A model generated the notes under the pieces. The model searched no databases. It saw nothing but the letters and a program-made list of their open reading frames with translations, and was not told the DNA's origin. From Ignavibacteria bacterium (GTDB lineage: Bacteria; Bacteroidota; Ignavibacteria; Kapaibacteriales; Kapaibacteriaceae), in NCBI GenBank assembly GCA_947459875.1, contig CANHFG010000002.1, positions 1,527 to 65,526 on the forward strand: a stretch of 64,000 nt of DNA, in the 5' to 3' direction. Positions within the stretch are counted from its first letter, which is position 1, and each line of letters begins with the position of its first letter. The position numbers and the translations under genes are program-made. Shown here piece after piece: positions 35,574 to 45,888 of the stretch.

Positions 35574-37337
35574 TTACTTGACCACAACCACCTGCTGTGT
35601 GGCAACAAATGTTCCTGCCGTCAGCGTCACGTTGTACACACCAGGTGTGACGTTCAGTTCAGAAGCACTGAATGTTACAGCATGCGTACCGGCGCTGACA
35701 GTTTCGTTGCTCAGTGTAGCGAGCTCGCGTCCCGTCAGGTCGGAGATGACCATGCGAACCGTCTCAACCGATGGCAGCGTGTAGCTGATGGTTGCAACGT
35801 CGTTCGTTGGGTTTGGACGAGCAATGCTCATGATGTAGCCGCCGTTAACAACATCGTCGGTGACTCCCATGGCCACGGAAGCCGTAGCAACACGTGACTT
35901 AACGGTGCCGCAAAGATTTGTCAGCTGGCAATAGTACTGACCTTCATCGCTGCGCTTTGCGCTAGCGACGGTATAGGTCTGCTTGGTTGCACCATCAATG
36001 GCCACACCGTTGAGGTACCACTGATAGTCGTAAATGTTGCGGCCCTTGGCCATAACCGTGAAGCTGATCGGTGCGCCTTCCGAGAAAGCAACGTCGTTCG
36101 GCTGTGATTCGATGGCAGGAAGGGGCTCAATGTTAAGCTCAGCAATGCGCGAGGTCTTCACGCCACACATGTTACTTACGACGACGCTGTAGAACCCTGC
36201 ATCCTCGGTCGTAACAACCTTTGACAGCGTTGCTCCTGTTTCACCCTTCAGGATCTCGGAACCCTTCATCCACTGGAACGTGAGGCCTTCGCCTGTCGCA
36301 ACAGCAGACATCGTCATGACCTGGCCTTCGCATGCCGTCGTTGTTTCCGGATTGCGAACGATCGATGGCTCAGCGCCAACCGTGACCACGATCGGATTCG
36401 AAGCAATGCGGAGGTTCGTTGAACCGTACGTGACCACGCAGCTATACTCGCCTGCCGTGGCAGCCGTTACGTTCGCGACCTTGAGCACGTTCGCCGTGGC
36501 ACCCGAAACACCGTTGCCGTTTACAAGCTTTGCACTGCCCTTGAACCACTGGCAGCTGGCAGCGCCTTCAGGAAGCGAAGACACGTTATTGTCACATGAC
36601 AGTGACAGCGTTCCGCCTTGGCAAAGGTTCGGAGTCATGTTCGATACAGCAACGGCTGGCATGAACACGCGAGCGACGCGCGACTTGATTGCACCCTTGC
36701 AGAAACCGGTGACTTCGCAGACGTAAAGACCCGTCGTGTCCGAATCGCTGGCATCGGTGATCGTGAGAATCGACGACTGCGAACCGTAGACACGGCCGTT
36801 GTCATTGATCGGGGTGTCATTGTATGTAAGCGTCGTGGAGTTCCACGTACGCTTCATCCACTGATAACCAGGGACGAAGTTTTGCGGAGCACCAACGGCC
36901 TCGACCGAGACCGTGAGATGCGCCGTACCGCCCTTGGTGGTGGAAACAGACGTTGGGTGCGACGTGATCTGCGTTTCACGCACGACCATGACCGACGCGC
37001 CTTCTGAAAACACCGTTGTGGAACCTGTGAATGCCACTGTGTCCTCTGCCGTCACCGCACACGTGTAAACGCCACCGCTCGAGTAGTCCGAGATGTTCAG
37101 CGTCATGAAGTTGCCAGTGCGTCCGTTGAGCATCACACCGTCACGGTACCACTGGTACGTCGTGCGTGATGATGCCGGTGTGTTGGCAATACAGATCAGG
37201 TTGTGCGAGGCACCAAAGCAAACGTAGGCGCTTGCAGGGTTTGAGACGATCGAGACCGTCGGTTGTGCGATCGCTGACGCACCTCCGATGATCAATGCCG
37301 CAAGCAAGGCGACAAACGCTGTACTGGTACGAAGCAT
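35574..37337 (-). CDS. Surface protein with five tandem immunoglobulin (I-set-like) domains and T9SS CTD
   Basis: ORF 35574..37469. The start is ATG at 37337 behind AGGAGG, giving signal MLRTSTAFVALLAALIIGGASAIAQ. Five repeats have the pattern C...(Y/F)QW(Y/M/F)...G......L.......D.G.Y.C. The C-terminus MSIARPNPTNDVATISYTL..GVYNVTLTAGTFVATQQVVVVK is a CTD. Confidence 0.85.
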   Translation of the reverse strand: MLRTSTAFVALLAALIIGGASAIAQPTVSIVSNPASAYVCFGASHNLICIANTPASSRTTYQWYRDGVMLNGRTGNFMTLNISDYSSGGVYTCAVTAEDTVAFTGSTTVFSEGASVMVVRETQITSHPTSVSTTKGGTAHLTVSVEAVGAPQNFVPGYQWMKRTWNSTTLTYNDTPINDNGRVYGSQSSILTITDASDSDTTGLYVCEVTGFCKGAIKSRVARVFMPAVAVSNMTPNLCQGGTLSLSCDNNVSSLPEGAASCQWFKGSAKLVNGNGVSGATANVLKVANVTAATAGEYSCVVTYGSTNLRIASNPIVVTVGAEPSIVRNPETTTACEGQVMTMSAVATGEGLTFQWMKGSEILKGETGATLSKVVTTEDAGFYSVVVSNMCGVKTSRIAELNIEPLPAIESQPNDVAFSEGAPISFTVMAKGRNIYDYQWYLNGVAIDGATKQTYTVASAKRSDEGQYYCQLTNLCGTVKSRVATASVAMGVTDDVVNGGYIMSIARPNPTNDVATISYTLPSVETVRMVISDLTGRELATLSNETVSAGTHAVTFSASELNVTPGVYNVTLTAGTFVATQQVVVVK

Positions 37338-37534
37338 AGCTCCTCCTGGAGTTGAATGAGTATTTCGAATCATGTTCATTGGCTGTGTTTGTACGAACGA
37401 CATGCGCCCGGAGCGTTCTCGGGCACACGACCGTCGAAAATAGACAACGCCGGCATCTGAAACAACCACAATTCAGCAGTTGTCCACACATCGACGCCCA
37501 TGGCGAAGCAAGAATCGAACCAATTTTACGCTGA

Positions 37535-39991
37535 TCAGCGGAAGATTGATGACAAAAGCGCCTTCTGGTGCGGCGTAAGTTGTTGCTTGTCAACTATTTG
37601 ACGAAACTCCTGCTTGATCTTGGGCTGCTCGCATAGAGCGTTTATGACGCCGCTCGCGACGACGCTCAGTCGATTATTGGTACTCAGAACCGCCGCCACC
37701 ATGTGTCCAGCTGCCAGCGGGGTAACCCGACCCACACGGCGCAAAGCCCCCATTGCGTTCTGGCGGGTGATGAACTCCCAACCCGGACCGCAGAGGTCTG
37801 ACAGGTCATTCAAAGCAGATGAGGAGCCACCTTCGGCATCGAGTTCCAGGCGAGCAATACGGACGCGTTCGTGTGGCCCTCGCACATCGGCCACGGCCGA
37901 TGAGAATCGGCGTACATCCGACGCGAAGGAACGGGCGAGCTTGCTCAGAGCGGTCTGTATGACGTAGTACGAAGAGTCCTTCAGCATGGCCTCGACATCA
38001 TCGCGAAGCTCCTTCGGCACGACCCCAAGGGCGTTGAGCGTGGCTTTACGGACCTCCACATGGGGATCGGCAAGCCCCTTAGCCGCGATGGACCATGCCT
38101 TGGCATATCCATTATTGCCCATCTCGACAGCCTGAGAAGCCGCCTCCGACCGCATGGCGTGAAACGACTCTCGAGTCATGACCTCCGAGAGAAGTCCGAG
38201 ACGCTCATCGTTTCTGTCGGCCTCACCGCGCATCGATTCAAGCGCATCGTAACGATCGATCATGTTCGCTGCTCTCTGCAGCTGTTCTCGCCGTTCCTGC
38301 CAGGTCTTTTCAAACGCAACCTTCTTGAGGATGTATGAGCCCGGGTCAAACAGGACAAAGGAAACTGCCTTGTTGCCGGGGTTCGGTACAAAGACCGTAG
38401 TGACTTGTTTGGAAACATCTGTGCGAAGTCTGCGGGAGCTACCATCGGCGTAGTAGACGTCCACATCAATTGGCATGCGAAACAGTCCCGTAAGCGCATC
38501 CATTTGATGGATCTGCTCGATGGCAACCATCGTGCACGGAGTAAGGCTACCGGAGATCATCGCACTTCCGGGTGAATGACTCACCCGATAATGGGGCTCT
38601 CCTCCCTTGTACAGCCACTGGTCGAAAAACCACTCCGGCGATACACCGAGGGTGTCCTGAAATGACTGATACAGGTCGTTGGTCTCGACGTTCTGATACA
38701 TGTGGCGCATGGTGTAATGCCGGATCACCCGACGCAGGGCGGAGTCACCAAAGACATACGCCATCATATCGAGCACACTCGCCCCCTTCGGATAGATCCT
38801 CGCTGATCCTGGTGACGGATGTACGATCGGCAATCGGTCGTTTTCCGCAGCGTTGAGTGCACTGCGGTGCATGCCGCGACGACTCCACTGATAACCGTCC
38901 TCGCCGCCAAGAGCGGGCGTGCGCTTGGTGAACAGATGGGGATAGAAGGTGGCAAAGCTCTCCTGCAGCCACACGGACTTATTGCTGCGCGCCGTCACAA
39001 GGTCACCGAACCACTGGTGCGTGAGCTCATGAACATTCGTACCCACGTACGAACGATCCAGCCAGCCTCGGCGGTCCGTCTGGGAAAAGTCACCAAAGAT
39101 GGTCGCCGTCGTATTCTCCATGGCGCCAAAGATGTAATCGGCAACCGGCACCTGACTGTACGACTCCCATGGATACGGCACGCCGATCTCCTGTTCGAGG
39201 AAATCCATCGACTCGACGCTATACATGTAGGTGGGGTCAATGCGCTCAGGATGCTCCGGATAGGAATACAGGTAAATCGGAACGCCACTGGCCGATCGTT
39301 TTTCGGTGATCGTGTACTTTCCAATGGCCAGCATCAGCAGGTACGATGCATGAGGCCGCGTCATGCGGTAGTGCCATGTCTTGCTCCCATCCGGATTCGT
39401 AGACACACCCAGGCGCGTGCCATTGGAGAGTACTTCGTACGATCCGTCAAACGTGGTGATTGTCTCGGTGATCATCTTATCATTCATCTCATCGTACATC
39501 GGGATCCAGTGCCGATTGTCAATGCCCTGACCTTGCGTCCAGATCTGCCGACGCATGCGTCCGCTCGGATCATTCCAGCCGATGAAGTAAATGCCCTTGC
39601 GCGGAGTTGCCTCGTATGTGAACGTGAGCGAGTCGGCCGTGTCCCACGTCAGCGCCGGCTCGAAATAGGCGATCACGGACGTGTCCGTTGAACGGTACCG
39701 CACTGAGCGGGCGCCAAGTGTGGCCGACTGCACGCGGATCTTGATGGCATCAAACTCCACCGAATCGACACGCGGTTGCAGCACCCTGAAGACGTGCGTT
39801 ACGCTTCCATACACCACTCCGTTTGGCGGATCAAAGCGCACACGCAGCGTCATTCGCTCGACGTTCAGAGGATGCTCCCGGGGCTCTGACCCCGGTATGT
39901 CCACCATGGTGTTGGTATGGATGAAATGGTTCTGCGCGGGCAGGCGAAAGAAGACCGCGAGAAGTGCGAGGATCACAACAGCGTTTTTCAT
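37535..39991 (-). CDS. M1-family aminopeptidase (aminopeptidase N-like) with C-terminal HEAT-like repeats
   Basis: ORF 37535..40042. The likely start is MKNAVVILALLAVFF (39991). GAMENT, HELTHQWFGD and WLQESFATF motifs are present. Confidence 0.9.
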   Translation of the reverse strand: MKNAVVILALLAVFFRLPAQNHFIHTNTMVDIPGSEPREHPLNVERMTLRVRFDPPNGVVYGSVTHVFRVLQPRVDSVEFDAIKIRVQSATLGARSVRYRSTDTSVIAYFEPALTWDTADSLTFTYEATPRKGIYFIGWNDPSGRMRRQIWTQGQGIDNRHWIPMYDEMNDKMITETITTFDGSYEVLSNGTRLGVSTNPDGSKTWHYRMTRPHASYLLMLAIGKYTITEKRSASGVPIYLYSYPEHPERIDPTYMYSVESMDFLEQEIGVPYPWESYSQVPVADYIFGAMENTTATIFGDFSQTDRRGWLDRSYVGTNVHELTHQWFGDLVTARSNKSVWLQESFATFYPHLFTKRTPALGGEDGYQWSRRGMHRSALNAAENDRLPIVHPSPGSARIYPKGASVLDMMAYVFGDSALRRVIRHYTMRHMYQNVETNDLYQSFQDTLGVSPEWFFDQWLYKGGEPHYRVSHSPGSAMISGSLTPCTMVAIEQIHQMDALTGLFRMPIDVDVYYADGSSRRLRTDVSKQVTTVFVPNPGNKAVSFVLFDPGSYILKKVAFEKTWQERREQLQRAANMIDRYDALESMRGEADRNDERLGLLSEVMTRESFHAMRSEAASQAVEMGNNGYAKAWSIAAKGLADPHVEVRKATLNALGVVPKELRDDVEAMLKDSSYYVIQTALSKLARSFASDVRRFSSAVADVRGPHERVRIARLELDAEGGSSSALNDLSDLCGPGWEFITRQNAMGALRRVGRVTPLAAGHMVAAVLSTNNRLSVVASGVINALCEQPKIKQEFRQIVDKQQLTPHQKALLSSIFR

Positions 39992-40019
39992 AAACGCAAA
40001 GATATCCGAGCATGAACGT

Positions 40020-40242
40020 ATGTTTCGGGTCATGGGCATCATCTATGTGATTTTTGGTGGAGCCATCGGAAGTGCACTGCGCTATCTCGTCGGGCTTCTC
40101 CCTTTCGGCCTTCGCGGTTGAAACAACGACTCTGCTGGAACGTCATGCACCCGCCATGATGTTTGCCTATCTCGCTCTGACGACCATCGGCTGCATGCTG
40201 ATGGCATTTCTTGGCTTTAGCATCGCACGGTCCGCATCATGA
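40020..40242 (+). pseudogene. crcB: crcB (fluoride channel Fluc) remnant: N- and C-terminal pieces joined by an internal deletion and frameshift
   Basis: The frame from ATG 40020 reads MFRVMGIIYVIFGGAIGSALRYLVGLLPFGLRG*, a CrcB N-terminal signature (GGxxGxxxRY). The +1 frame (ORF 40054..40242) ends ..SAFAVETTTLLERHAPAMMFAYLALTTIGCMLMAFLGFSIARSAS, which resembles the CrcB C-terminal TM3-TM4 region. About 50 central codons are missing. The stop overlaps the msrA ATG (ATGA). Confidence 0.5.
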
Positions 40243-40916
40243 AATCACCTCGCTTTTTTGTCCGCCTCATAACAGCCCTCGCCGCCATGGCGGCCACGAT
40301 CGGCTGCGCCGAGGCAAACAACCAGCCCCCTTCCTTTTCCTCAAACGAACCAGCCCACATGAATGCTAGCACGCAGCGTGAAGTAGCCACCCTTGGCGGT
40401 GGATGTTTTTGGTGTATCGAGGCCGTCTTCGAGCTCGTCGACGGCGTGGTGTCGGTTGAAAGCGGGTACACCGGCGGATCGGTCAAAGATCCGTCGTACA
40501 AGCAGGTCTGTGAAGGTACAACGGGTCACGCCGAGGTATGCCGGGTGACTTTTGATCCGGCGATTGTCTCGTATGCGGACATCCTTCAGATCTTCTTCGC
40601 AGCCCATGATCCTACGACGCTGAACCGCCAGGGCAATGACGTCGGCACGCAGTATCGCAGCGCGATCTACACCCACAGTCAGGAGCAGGACTCGATAAGT
40701 CGACAGTATATCCGGCAGCTGACAGAGTCGAAGACCTGGCCCGATCCTATCGTCACCGAGGTCTCTCCGGCATCGGTCTTCTACAAGGCCGAGGACTATC
40801 ATCAGAACTATTACGAGCAGAATGGCTCACAGCCCTATTGTGCCTTCGTCGTGCGTCCCAAAGTGGAGAAGTTCAAGAAGCAATTCAAAGACAAACTGCG
40901 CGACGACGCCAGGTAA
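40239..40916 (+). CDS. msrA: Peptide-methionine (S)-S-oxide reductase, exported/lipoprotein form
   Basis: Signal plus lipobox MKSPRFFVRLITALAAMAATIGC. Catalytic GGGCFWCIEAVF motif present. Confidence 0.92.
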   Translation: MKSPRFFVRLITALAAMAATIGCAEANNQPPSFSSNEPAHMNASTQREVATLGGGCFWCIEAVFELVDGVVSVESGYTGGSVKDPSYKQVCEGTTGHAEVCRVTFDPAIVSYADILQIFFAAHDPTTLNRQGNDVGTQYRSAIYTHSQEQDSISRQYIRQLTESKTWPDPIVTEVSPASVFYKAEDYHQNYYEQNGSQPYCAFVVRPKVEKFKKQFKDKLRDDAR

Positions 40917-43136
40917 GTGACCACGCGCACGATCGATATCACCGGCATGCACTGCGCGGCTTGCGTGTCGGCGGTCGAATCCGCACTCACGTCCATCCCC
41001 GGCGTCCATTCGGCTGTGGCCAACCTTGTAACCAACAGCGCCAAGGTTGAGCTCGCGCCGGGCGTCGACGAGGCAATCCTTCGGCAGGCCGTTGTTTCAG
41101 CGGGATACAGCGTCGAGGCGATCTACATCGAGCGCGATCAATCTTCTACCGCTGAATTCCTCGCCCGCCTTGATGCACCGGCACATGTCTACCGTCGGGC
41201 ACTTCTACTGGCCGCACCGTTCAGCCTGGCTGTGGTCATACTGGCGATGTCGGCCATGACGGGCTGGCATCTCGATCGGCTGAATGAACTGCTCTTTGTG
41301 CTCACACTTCCCGTGCTCTGGTCCGGAAGAATGTTCTTTCAGGGGGCTTACCACGCGCTGAAGCGGCGTGCTGCAACGATGGACACATTGGTTGCTCTTG
41401 GTACTGGCTCTGCATTTGTGATCAGCAGCATCATGACCGTGTCACCCGAGCAGATGCATGCGCACGCCGGCGCATACTATGACTCGGCAGCAACCATCAT
41501 CACATTGGTATTGCTTGGCAAGTGGCTTGAGTCGCGCGCCAAGAGTCGGACCGCTGAAACGCTTTCGCTGCTGATGCGCATGCATCCCAACCATGCGGTT
41601 GTGCTGCGAGACGGTAACGAGCTTCGTATTCCCGTGGGAGACGTCGTGGTTGGAGACGTGTTCCTCGTGCGCCCGGGCGAGCGCGTGCCGGTCGATGGCA
41701 CCATCCTCGATGGCAGCACATCGATCGACGAGTCGATGCTCACCGGCGAAAGCATCCCGGTGGAGCGCACGGTTTCCGACCGTGTCATCGGCGGCTCGGT
41801 GAACGCCGACGGATCGTTCACGGCCCGCGCCACGGCCGTTGGCACCGGCACTGTACTGTCGGGAATCATTAGCGCCGTTGAGCGCGCTCAGTCCAGCAAG
41901 GCCCCCGTGCAGAGACTGGCAGATCGCATCAGTGCAGTGTTCGTTCCGATCGTTCTTCTGATCGCCATCGTAACGTACGTTGCGTGGCTCCTTCTTGTTC
42001 CGGGAGTTGATCCTGCTGGACAGCCCCTAATCGCCGCGATCTCCGTTCTGGTTATCGCCTGCCCCTGCGCACTGGGGTTAGCCACTCCAACGGCCATAAT
42101 CGTGGGTACGGGAATTGCCGCGCAACGCGGGGTGCTGTTCTCAACGGCCGCTAGCCTCGAGCGCCTGGCAACGGTTGACACAGTCGTGTTCGACAAGACC
42201 GGTACGTTGACCAAAGGCACGCCACGTGTGCAGCGCTTCACGCAGATCGATCATCCCAAAGCTCGCCGCGAGCTCCTGCCGTCACTGATCGGCAGCCTTG
42301 AACATCGTTCGGAGCACCCTCTGGCAAGAGCCATTGCGGCATGGTGTGACGAATCCGGCGGCGAGCGCCTTGCCGTGAGCGATCATCGCACAGTTCCCGG
42401 CCGCGGTACTCTGGCCACGGTAGCAGGCCATCGCGTTCGCATCGGCAATGAGGCGATGATGACCGAATCACTGCTGATCATCCCGTATGCCATCAGGCAA
42501 GCAGCAGAACACGACGCCGAAGATGGACTGACGTCGATCTACGTCAGCATTGATGGCCTTGTCTGCGCAACCGTCGGTGTTGCCGACGAGCTCCGAGACG
42601 ATGCCCTTGAGGTGCTCCTTCAGCTCAACCAGCGCGTAGCGCGGCGCATCATGCTCACCGGCGATACCGAGCGCGCCGCGCGCGCCATCGCACATCGGGC
42701 CGGCATCGACGACGTGATGCACTCTGTCACCCCGGAGATGAAGCTGGAGATCGTCTCCACCCTGCAACGTCGGGGTAACACCGTGGCGATGGTCGGCGAC
42801 GGTATCAACGATGCCCCCTGCCTGGCGCAGGCCGACGTTGGCATTGCCATGGCCACTGGTACGGATGTGGCAAAGAATGCTGCCGACGTGAATCTCATGC
42901 GCAATGACCTGCGCTCGCTTGTCGATGCGTTCAGAATATCGGCCGCCACAATGCGAGTCATACGCCAGAACTTCGCTCTGGCGTTCATGTACAATGTGGT
43001 CGGAATCCCCCTTGCTGCCGGGGTCTTTCTGCCGCTGCTCAACGTGCAGCTCACCCCCATGTATGCGGCCTTTGCCATGGCCATGAGCTCGGTTACCGTC
43101 GTGACGAACTCGCTGCGTTTACGGTCAGCATTGTAG
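40917..43136 (+). CDS. copA: Copper-translocating P1B-type ATPase
   Basis: GTG start directly after the msrA stop. N-terminal HMA domain [12 protein letters not shown], then CPC ([11 protein letters not shown]), DKTGTLT and GDGINDAP motifs. Confidence 0.93.
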   Translation: MTTRTIDITGMHCAACVSAVESALTSIPGVHSAVANLVTNSAKVELAPGVDEAILRQAVVSAGYSVEAIYIERDQSSTAEFLARLDAPAHVYRRALLLAAPFSLAVVILAMSAMTGWHLDRLNELLFVLTLPVLWSGRMFFQGAYHALKRRAATMDTLVALGTGSAFVISSIMTVSPEQMHAHAGAYYDSAATIITLVLLGKWLESRAKSRTAETLSLLMRMHPNHAVVLRDGNELRIPVGDVVVGDVFLVRPGERVPVDGTILDGSTSIDESMLTGESIPVERTVSDRVIGGSVNADGSFTARATAVGTGTVLSGIISAVERAQSSKAPVQRLADRISAVFVPIVLLIAIVTYVAWLLLVPGVDPAGQPLIAAISVLVIACPCALGLATPTAIIVGTGIAAQRGVLFSTAASLERLATVDTVVFDKTGTLTKGTPRVQRFTQIDHPKARRELLPSLIGSLEHRSEHPLARAIAAWCDESGGERLAVSDHRTVPGRGTLATVAGHRVRIGNEAMMTESLLIIPYAIRQAAEHDAEDGLTSIYVSIDGLVCATVGVADELRDDALEVLLQLNQRVARRIMLTGDTERAARAIAHRAGIDDVMHSVTPEMKLEIVSTLQRRGNTVAMVGDGINDAPCLAQADVGIAMATGTDVAKNAADVNLMRNDLRSLVDAFRISAATMRVIRQNFALAFMYNVVGIPLAAGVFLPLLNVQLTPMYAAFAMAMSSVTVVTNSLRLRSAL

Positions 43137-43180
43137 CTGTGTGTTATTCCTAGCAAGAATCGTGCTAATTTTTCGCACGC

Positions 43181-43753
43181 ATGATTCTACTCGACCATCT
43201 GCTGATCCAAGAACAGGTCCTCACCGCGTCGTTTTCGTGCGATCTGAAGCGATGCAAGGGGGCCTGCTGCACCATGAAGGGGGGCGCTGGAGCGCCACTT
43301 CTTGAGGAAGAGATCGATCAGCTCCGACAAGCAGTACCGGCAGCGCTTCCCTATCTACCGGAGAGGTCCCGCCAGTGGCTCAGTGCTAACGATCCCGTGA
43401 CCGGGCCACAGGGCGACCGGTCGGTGGAGTGCCTTGATGAGGCCGACTGCGTGTTTGTGTACTACGATGGCGCTGTGGCAAAGTGCGCGATCGAAAAGGC
43501 ATGGTATGGCGGCACGTCCTCATTCCGCAAGCCCCTTTCGTGTCATCTCTTCCCTATTCGAGTTGCCAACTTCGGCGGACCTTATCTGCATTACGAAAAG
43601 ATCGACGAGTGCGAGCCAGGACGCGACCGTGGCCTGCAGACTGGCACACCTTTGGTCGAGTCCCTTCGCGATGCACTTGTGCGGGCTTATGGCCAGGAGC
43701 TCTACGATCGCATGCTGGCAGCCGCCCAGGGTAAGGACGGAGGCCAGTCGTGA
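43181..43753 (+). CDS. DUF3109 family protein (Cys-rich)
   Basis: 190 aa. FSCDLKRCKGACC and the later C..C pattern are typical of DUF3109. The stop overlaps the rpoN GTG (GTGA). Confidence 0.7.
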   Translation: MILLDHLLIQEQVLTASFSCDLKRCKGACCTMKGGAGAPLLEEEIDQLRQAVPAALPYLPERSRQWLSANDPVTGPQGDRSVECLDEADCVFVYYDGAVAKCAIEKAWYGGTSSFRKPLSCHLFPIRVANFGGPYLHYEKIDECEPGRDRGLQTGTPLVESLRDALVRAYGQELYDRMLAAAQGKDGGQS

Positions 43754-45387
43754 AGGTCGGCCTAAATCTCCAGACAGGACTTCAGCAGTCGCTCACGCCG
43801 CAACAGATCCAGTATCTGAAAATGCTGCAGCTTCCGCTCTTGCAGCTTGAGCAGCACGTGCGCCATGAACTCGAGAACAACCCGATGCTCGAGGAGACAT
43901 CCGAGCACGAGGTTTCGGCCGAAGAGGCCGAGCGTGTCACGGGCGACGGAGATGCTTCTGCCGAGTCAACGGCCTATGCCGCACCAGCACCGGAGATCGC
44001 CATCATCCGCCCCGAAGGTCAGCATTCCGAGGATGGATCGGATGCTGCCGACGCAGGCCAGGAGATGGACATGTCCGAGGCCTTCGAGTTCCAGAAGCTG
44101 CTCATGGGTGACGATACGGCCAGCAGTGCCAGCGATGCCTCGCCCATCGATGACGACGAGGAGGACTATCGGTTTCAGGTGGGGACTGTTCAGACGCTCG
44201 AGGAGGACCTTCTTGAACAGCTTCGGTACCTACCGCTCTCGGTAGAGGAGCACGAGTTCGGTCAGTACATTATCGGAAGCATCGACGACGATGGCTATCT
44301 GCGGCGCCCCCTAACGGAGCTCGTTGAGGAGATCAACAATCGGTTCAGCGAACACAATCTGGCCCTGCACCAGATCAGTATGGGCGTTCGTGTGGCGCTA
44401 TACCAGCGCGACCTTATCGAGGGCGTGGACCAGCTGGTCACACCGCTGTCTCAGCAGCAGGCTGAGAATGTTCTAAGGAAGGTGCAGGCGCTCGACCCAC
44501 CGGGTATAGCCTCGCGTACGGTGCAAGAGTGTCTTGTATCACAGTTGCGGGCGGTAGCTAAACCCAATGCTGCCCAGAAGCTCGCATTGCTTGTTCTGAC
44601 GAAGGCCTACGAGCCATTCGCCATGAAGCACTACCATGTGATCGAGCGTCAGCTGGATGTGACCGAGTCCTACCTGCGGGAGGCGCTGGAAGTGATCCGT
44701 CACCTGACGCCGCGACCTGGAGGGGGCACGATCATATCCGAAATGAACACCGTCGTGCCCGACTTCACGGTTGAGACCACCGAGGATGGCACCGACTTTC
44801 TGATCACCGTCAACGACTCTCGCCTGCCCACCCTGAAGGTGTCAACGGCGTATGAACGACTCAAGAAAGAGGCCCGCTTTCTGAAGTTCAACCGTGAGAC
44901 GCGCGAGTTCCTGCGCAAGAAGTACGAGGATGCGAAGTTTCTCATGCAGGCATTGCGTCAGCGCAAAAACACCATGCTGCGCGTGATGACCTCCATCGTC
45001 GGCCTTCAAATGGAGTTCTTTCGGAAGGGGCCCGAGCACCTCAAGCCACTTATCTATCGCGACGTTTCAGAGATCACCGGCCTGGACATTTCCACCGTGT
45101 GCCGGATCGTCAACGCCAAGTACGTCCTGACAGCCTTCGGCACATTCGAACTCAAGTACTTCTTTAGCGAGTCCCTTACAACAGACGATGGCGAGGAAGT
45201 CTCCACCCGGGTCATCAAGCAGCGGATCAAGGAGTTGATCGACGCCGAGTCGAAACACAAGCCCCTTAGCGACGAGAAGATCTGCAAGGACCTGAAAAAG
45301 CTCGGTTTCAACGTTGCCCGACGTACCGTTGCCAAGTATCGGGAGCAGCTTCGCATACCCGTTGCCCGTCTTCGTAAAGAGTTGTAA
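43750..45387 (+). CDS. rpoN: RNA polymerase sigma-54 factor
   Basis: 545 aa. The N-terminus has QSLTPQQIQYLKMLQLPLLQLEQ. An acidic region follows. The C-terminal HTH and RpoN box are ..ARRTVAKYREQLRIP... Confidence 0.93.
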   Translation: MKVGLNLQTGLQQSLTPQQIQYLKMLQLPLLQLEQHVRHELENNPMLEETSEHEVSAEEAERVTGDGDASAESTAYAAPAPEIAIIRPEGQHSEDGSDAADAGQEMDMSEAFEFQKLLMGDDTASSASDASPIDDDEEDYRFQVGTVQTLEEDLLEQLRYLPLSVEEHEFGQYIIGSIDDDGYLRRPLTELVEEINNRFSEHNLALHQISMGVRVALYQRDLIEGVDQLVTPLSQQQAENVLRKVQALDPPGIASRTVQECLVSQLRAVAKPNAAQKLALLVLTKAYEPFAMKHYHVIERQLDVTESYLREALEVIRHLTPRPGGGTIISEMNTVVPDFTVETTEDGTDFLITVNDSRLPTLKVSTAYERLKKEARFLKFNRETREFLRKKYEDAKFLMQALRQRKNTMLRVMTSIVGLQMEFFRKGPEHLKPLIYRDVSEITGLDISTVCRIVNAKYVLTAFGTFELKYFFSESLTTDDGEEVSTRVIKQRIKELIDAESKHKPLSDEKICKDLKKLGFNVARRTVAKYREQLRIPVARLRKEL

Positions 45388-45565
45388 CCAGCCCTGTCAC
45401 GCAGGACCGTACTGGGTTGTCAATGATGGTATCATCACCAGTACTATCACATCATATAGCGTAGATTTCCTGACGATTTCTGCGCAATTGCGTCAAGTAT
45501 GACGTTAAATGGCATAGTTACCATCGTAGCATCGTGCCACTGTATCGTTGTTGTCTGTTCAGCGT

Positions 45566-45877
45566 ATGAAGTCCATGTCTCGTCCAATGTTGATCCGCAT
45601 ACGGATCATTCTCCAGCACCTCACCGATGGTCAGCGCGTCACGGCAGGTCAGATGGCCCGTCTTCTCGACGTGAGCCAGCGGACAATCGCACGGGACTTC
45701 GACTACATGATGAACTCCTTGGACCTACCAATCAAGTATGAGTTTGTCCTGAAGTCGTACATCCTTGATGGTCCCCTTCCATCGATCTTTTCCGTTTCGC
45801 GCGACGGCAACGGCAAGCTCGACGGGGTTGCAATGTCAGCTAAAAAGAAGGCAAAGGCTGACGAATCATACAAATAA
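45566..45877 (+). CDS. Small HTH-domain protein (DeoR/YafY N-terminal HTH_11-like, no ligand domain)
   Basis: ORF 45548..45877 (TTG start), with an ATG at 45566. RIRIILQHLTDGQRVTAGQMARLLDVSQRTIARDFDYM matches the HTH_11 pattern. It has a Lys-rich tail. Confidence 0.6.
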   Translation: MKSMSRPMLIRIRIILQHLTDGQRVTAGQMARLLDVSQRTIARDFDYMMNSLDLPIKYEFVLKSYILDGPLPSIFSVSRDGNGKLDGVAMSAKKKAKADESYK

Positions 45878-45888
45878 CCATCGCGCGG

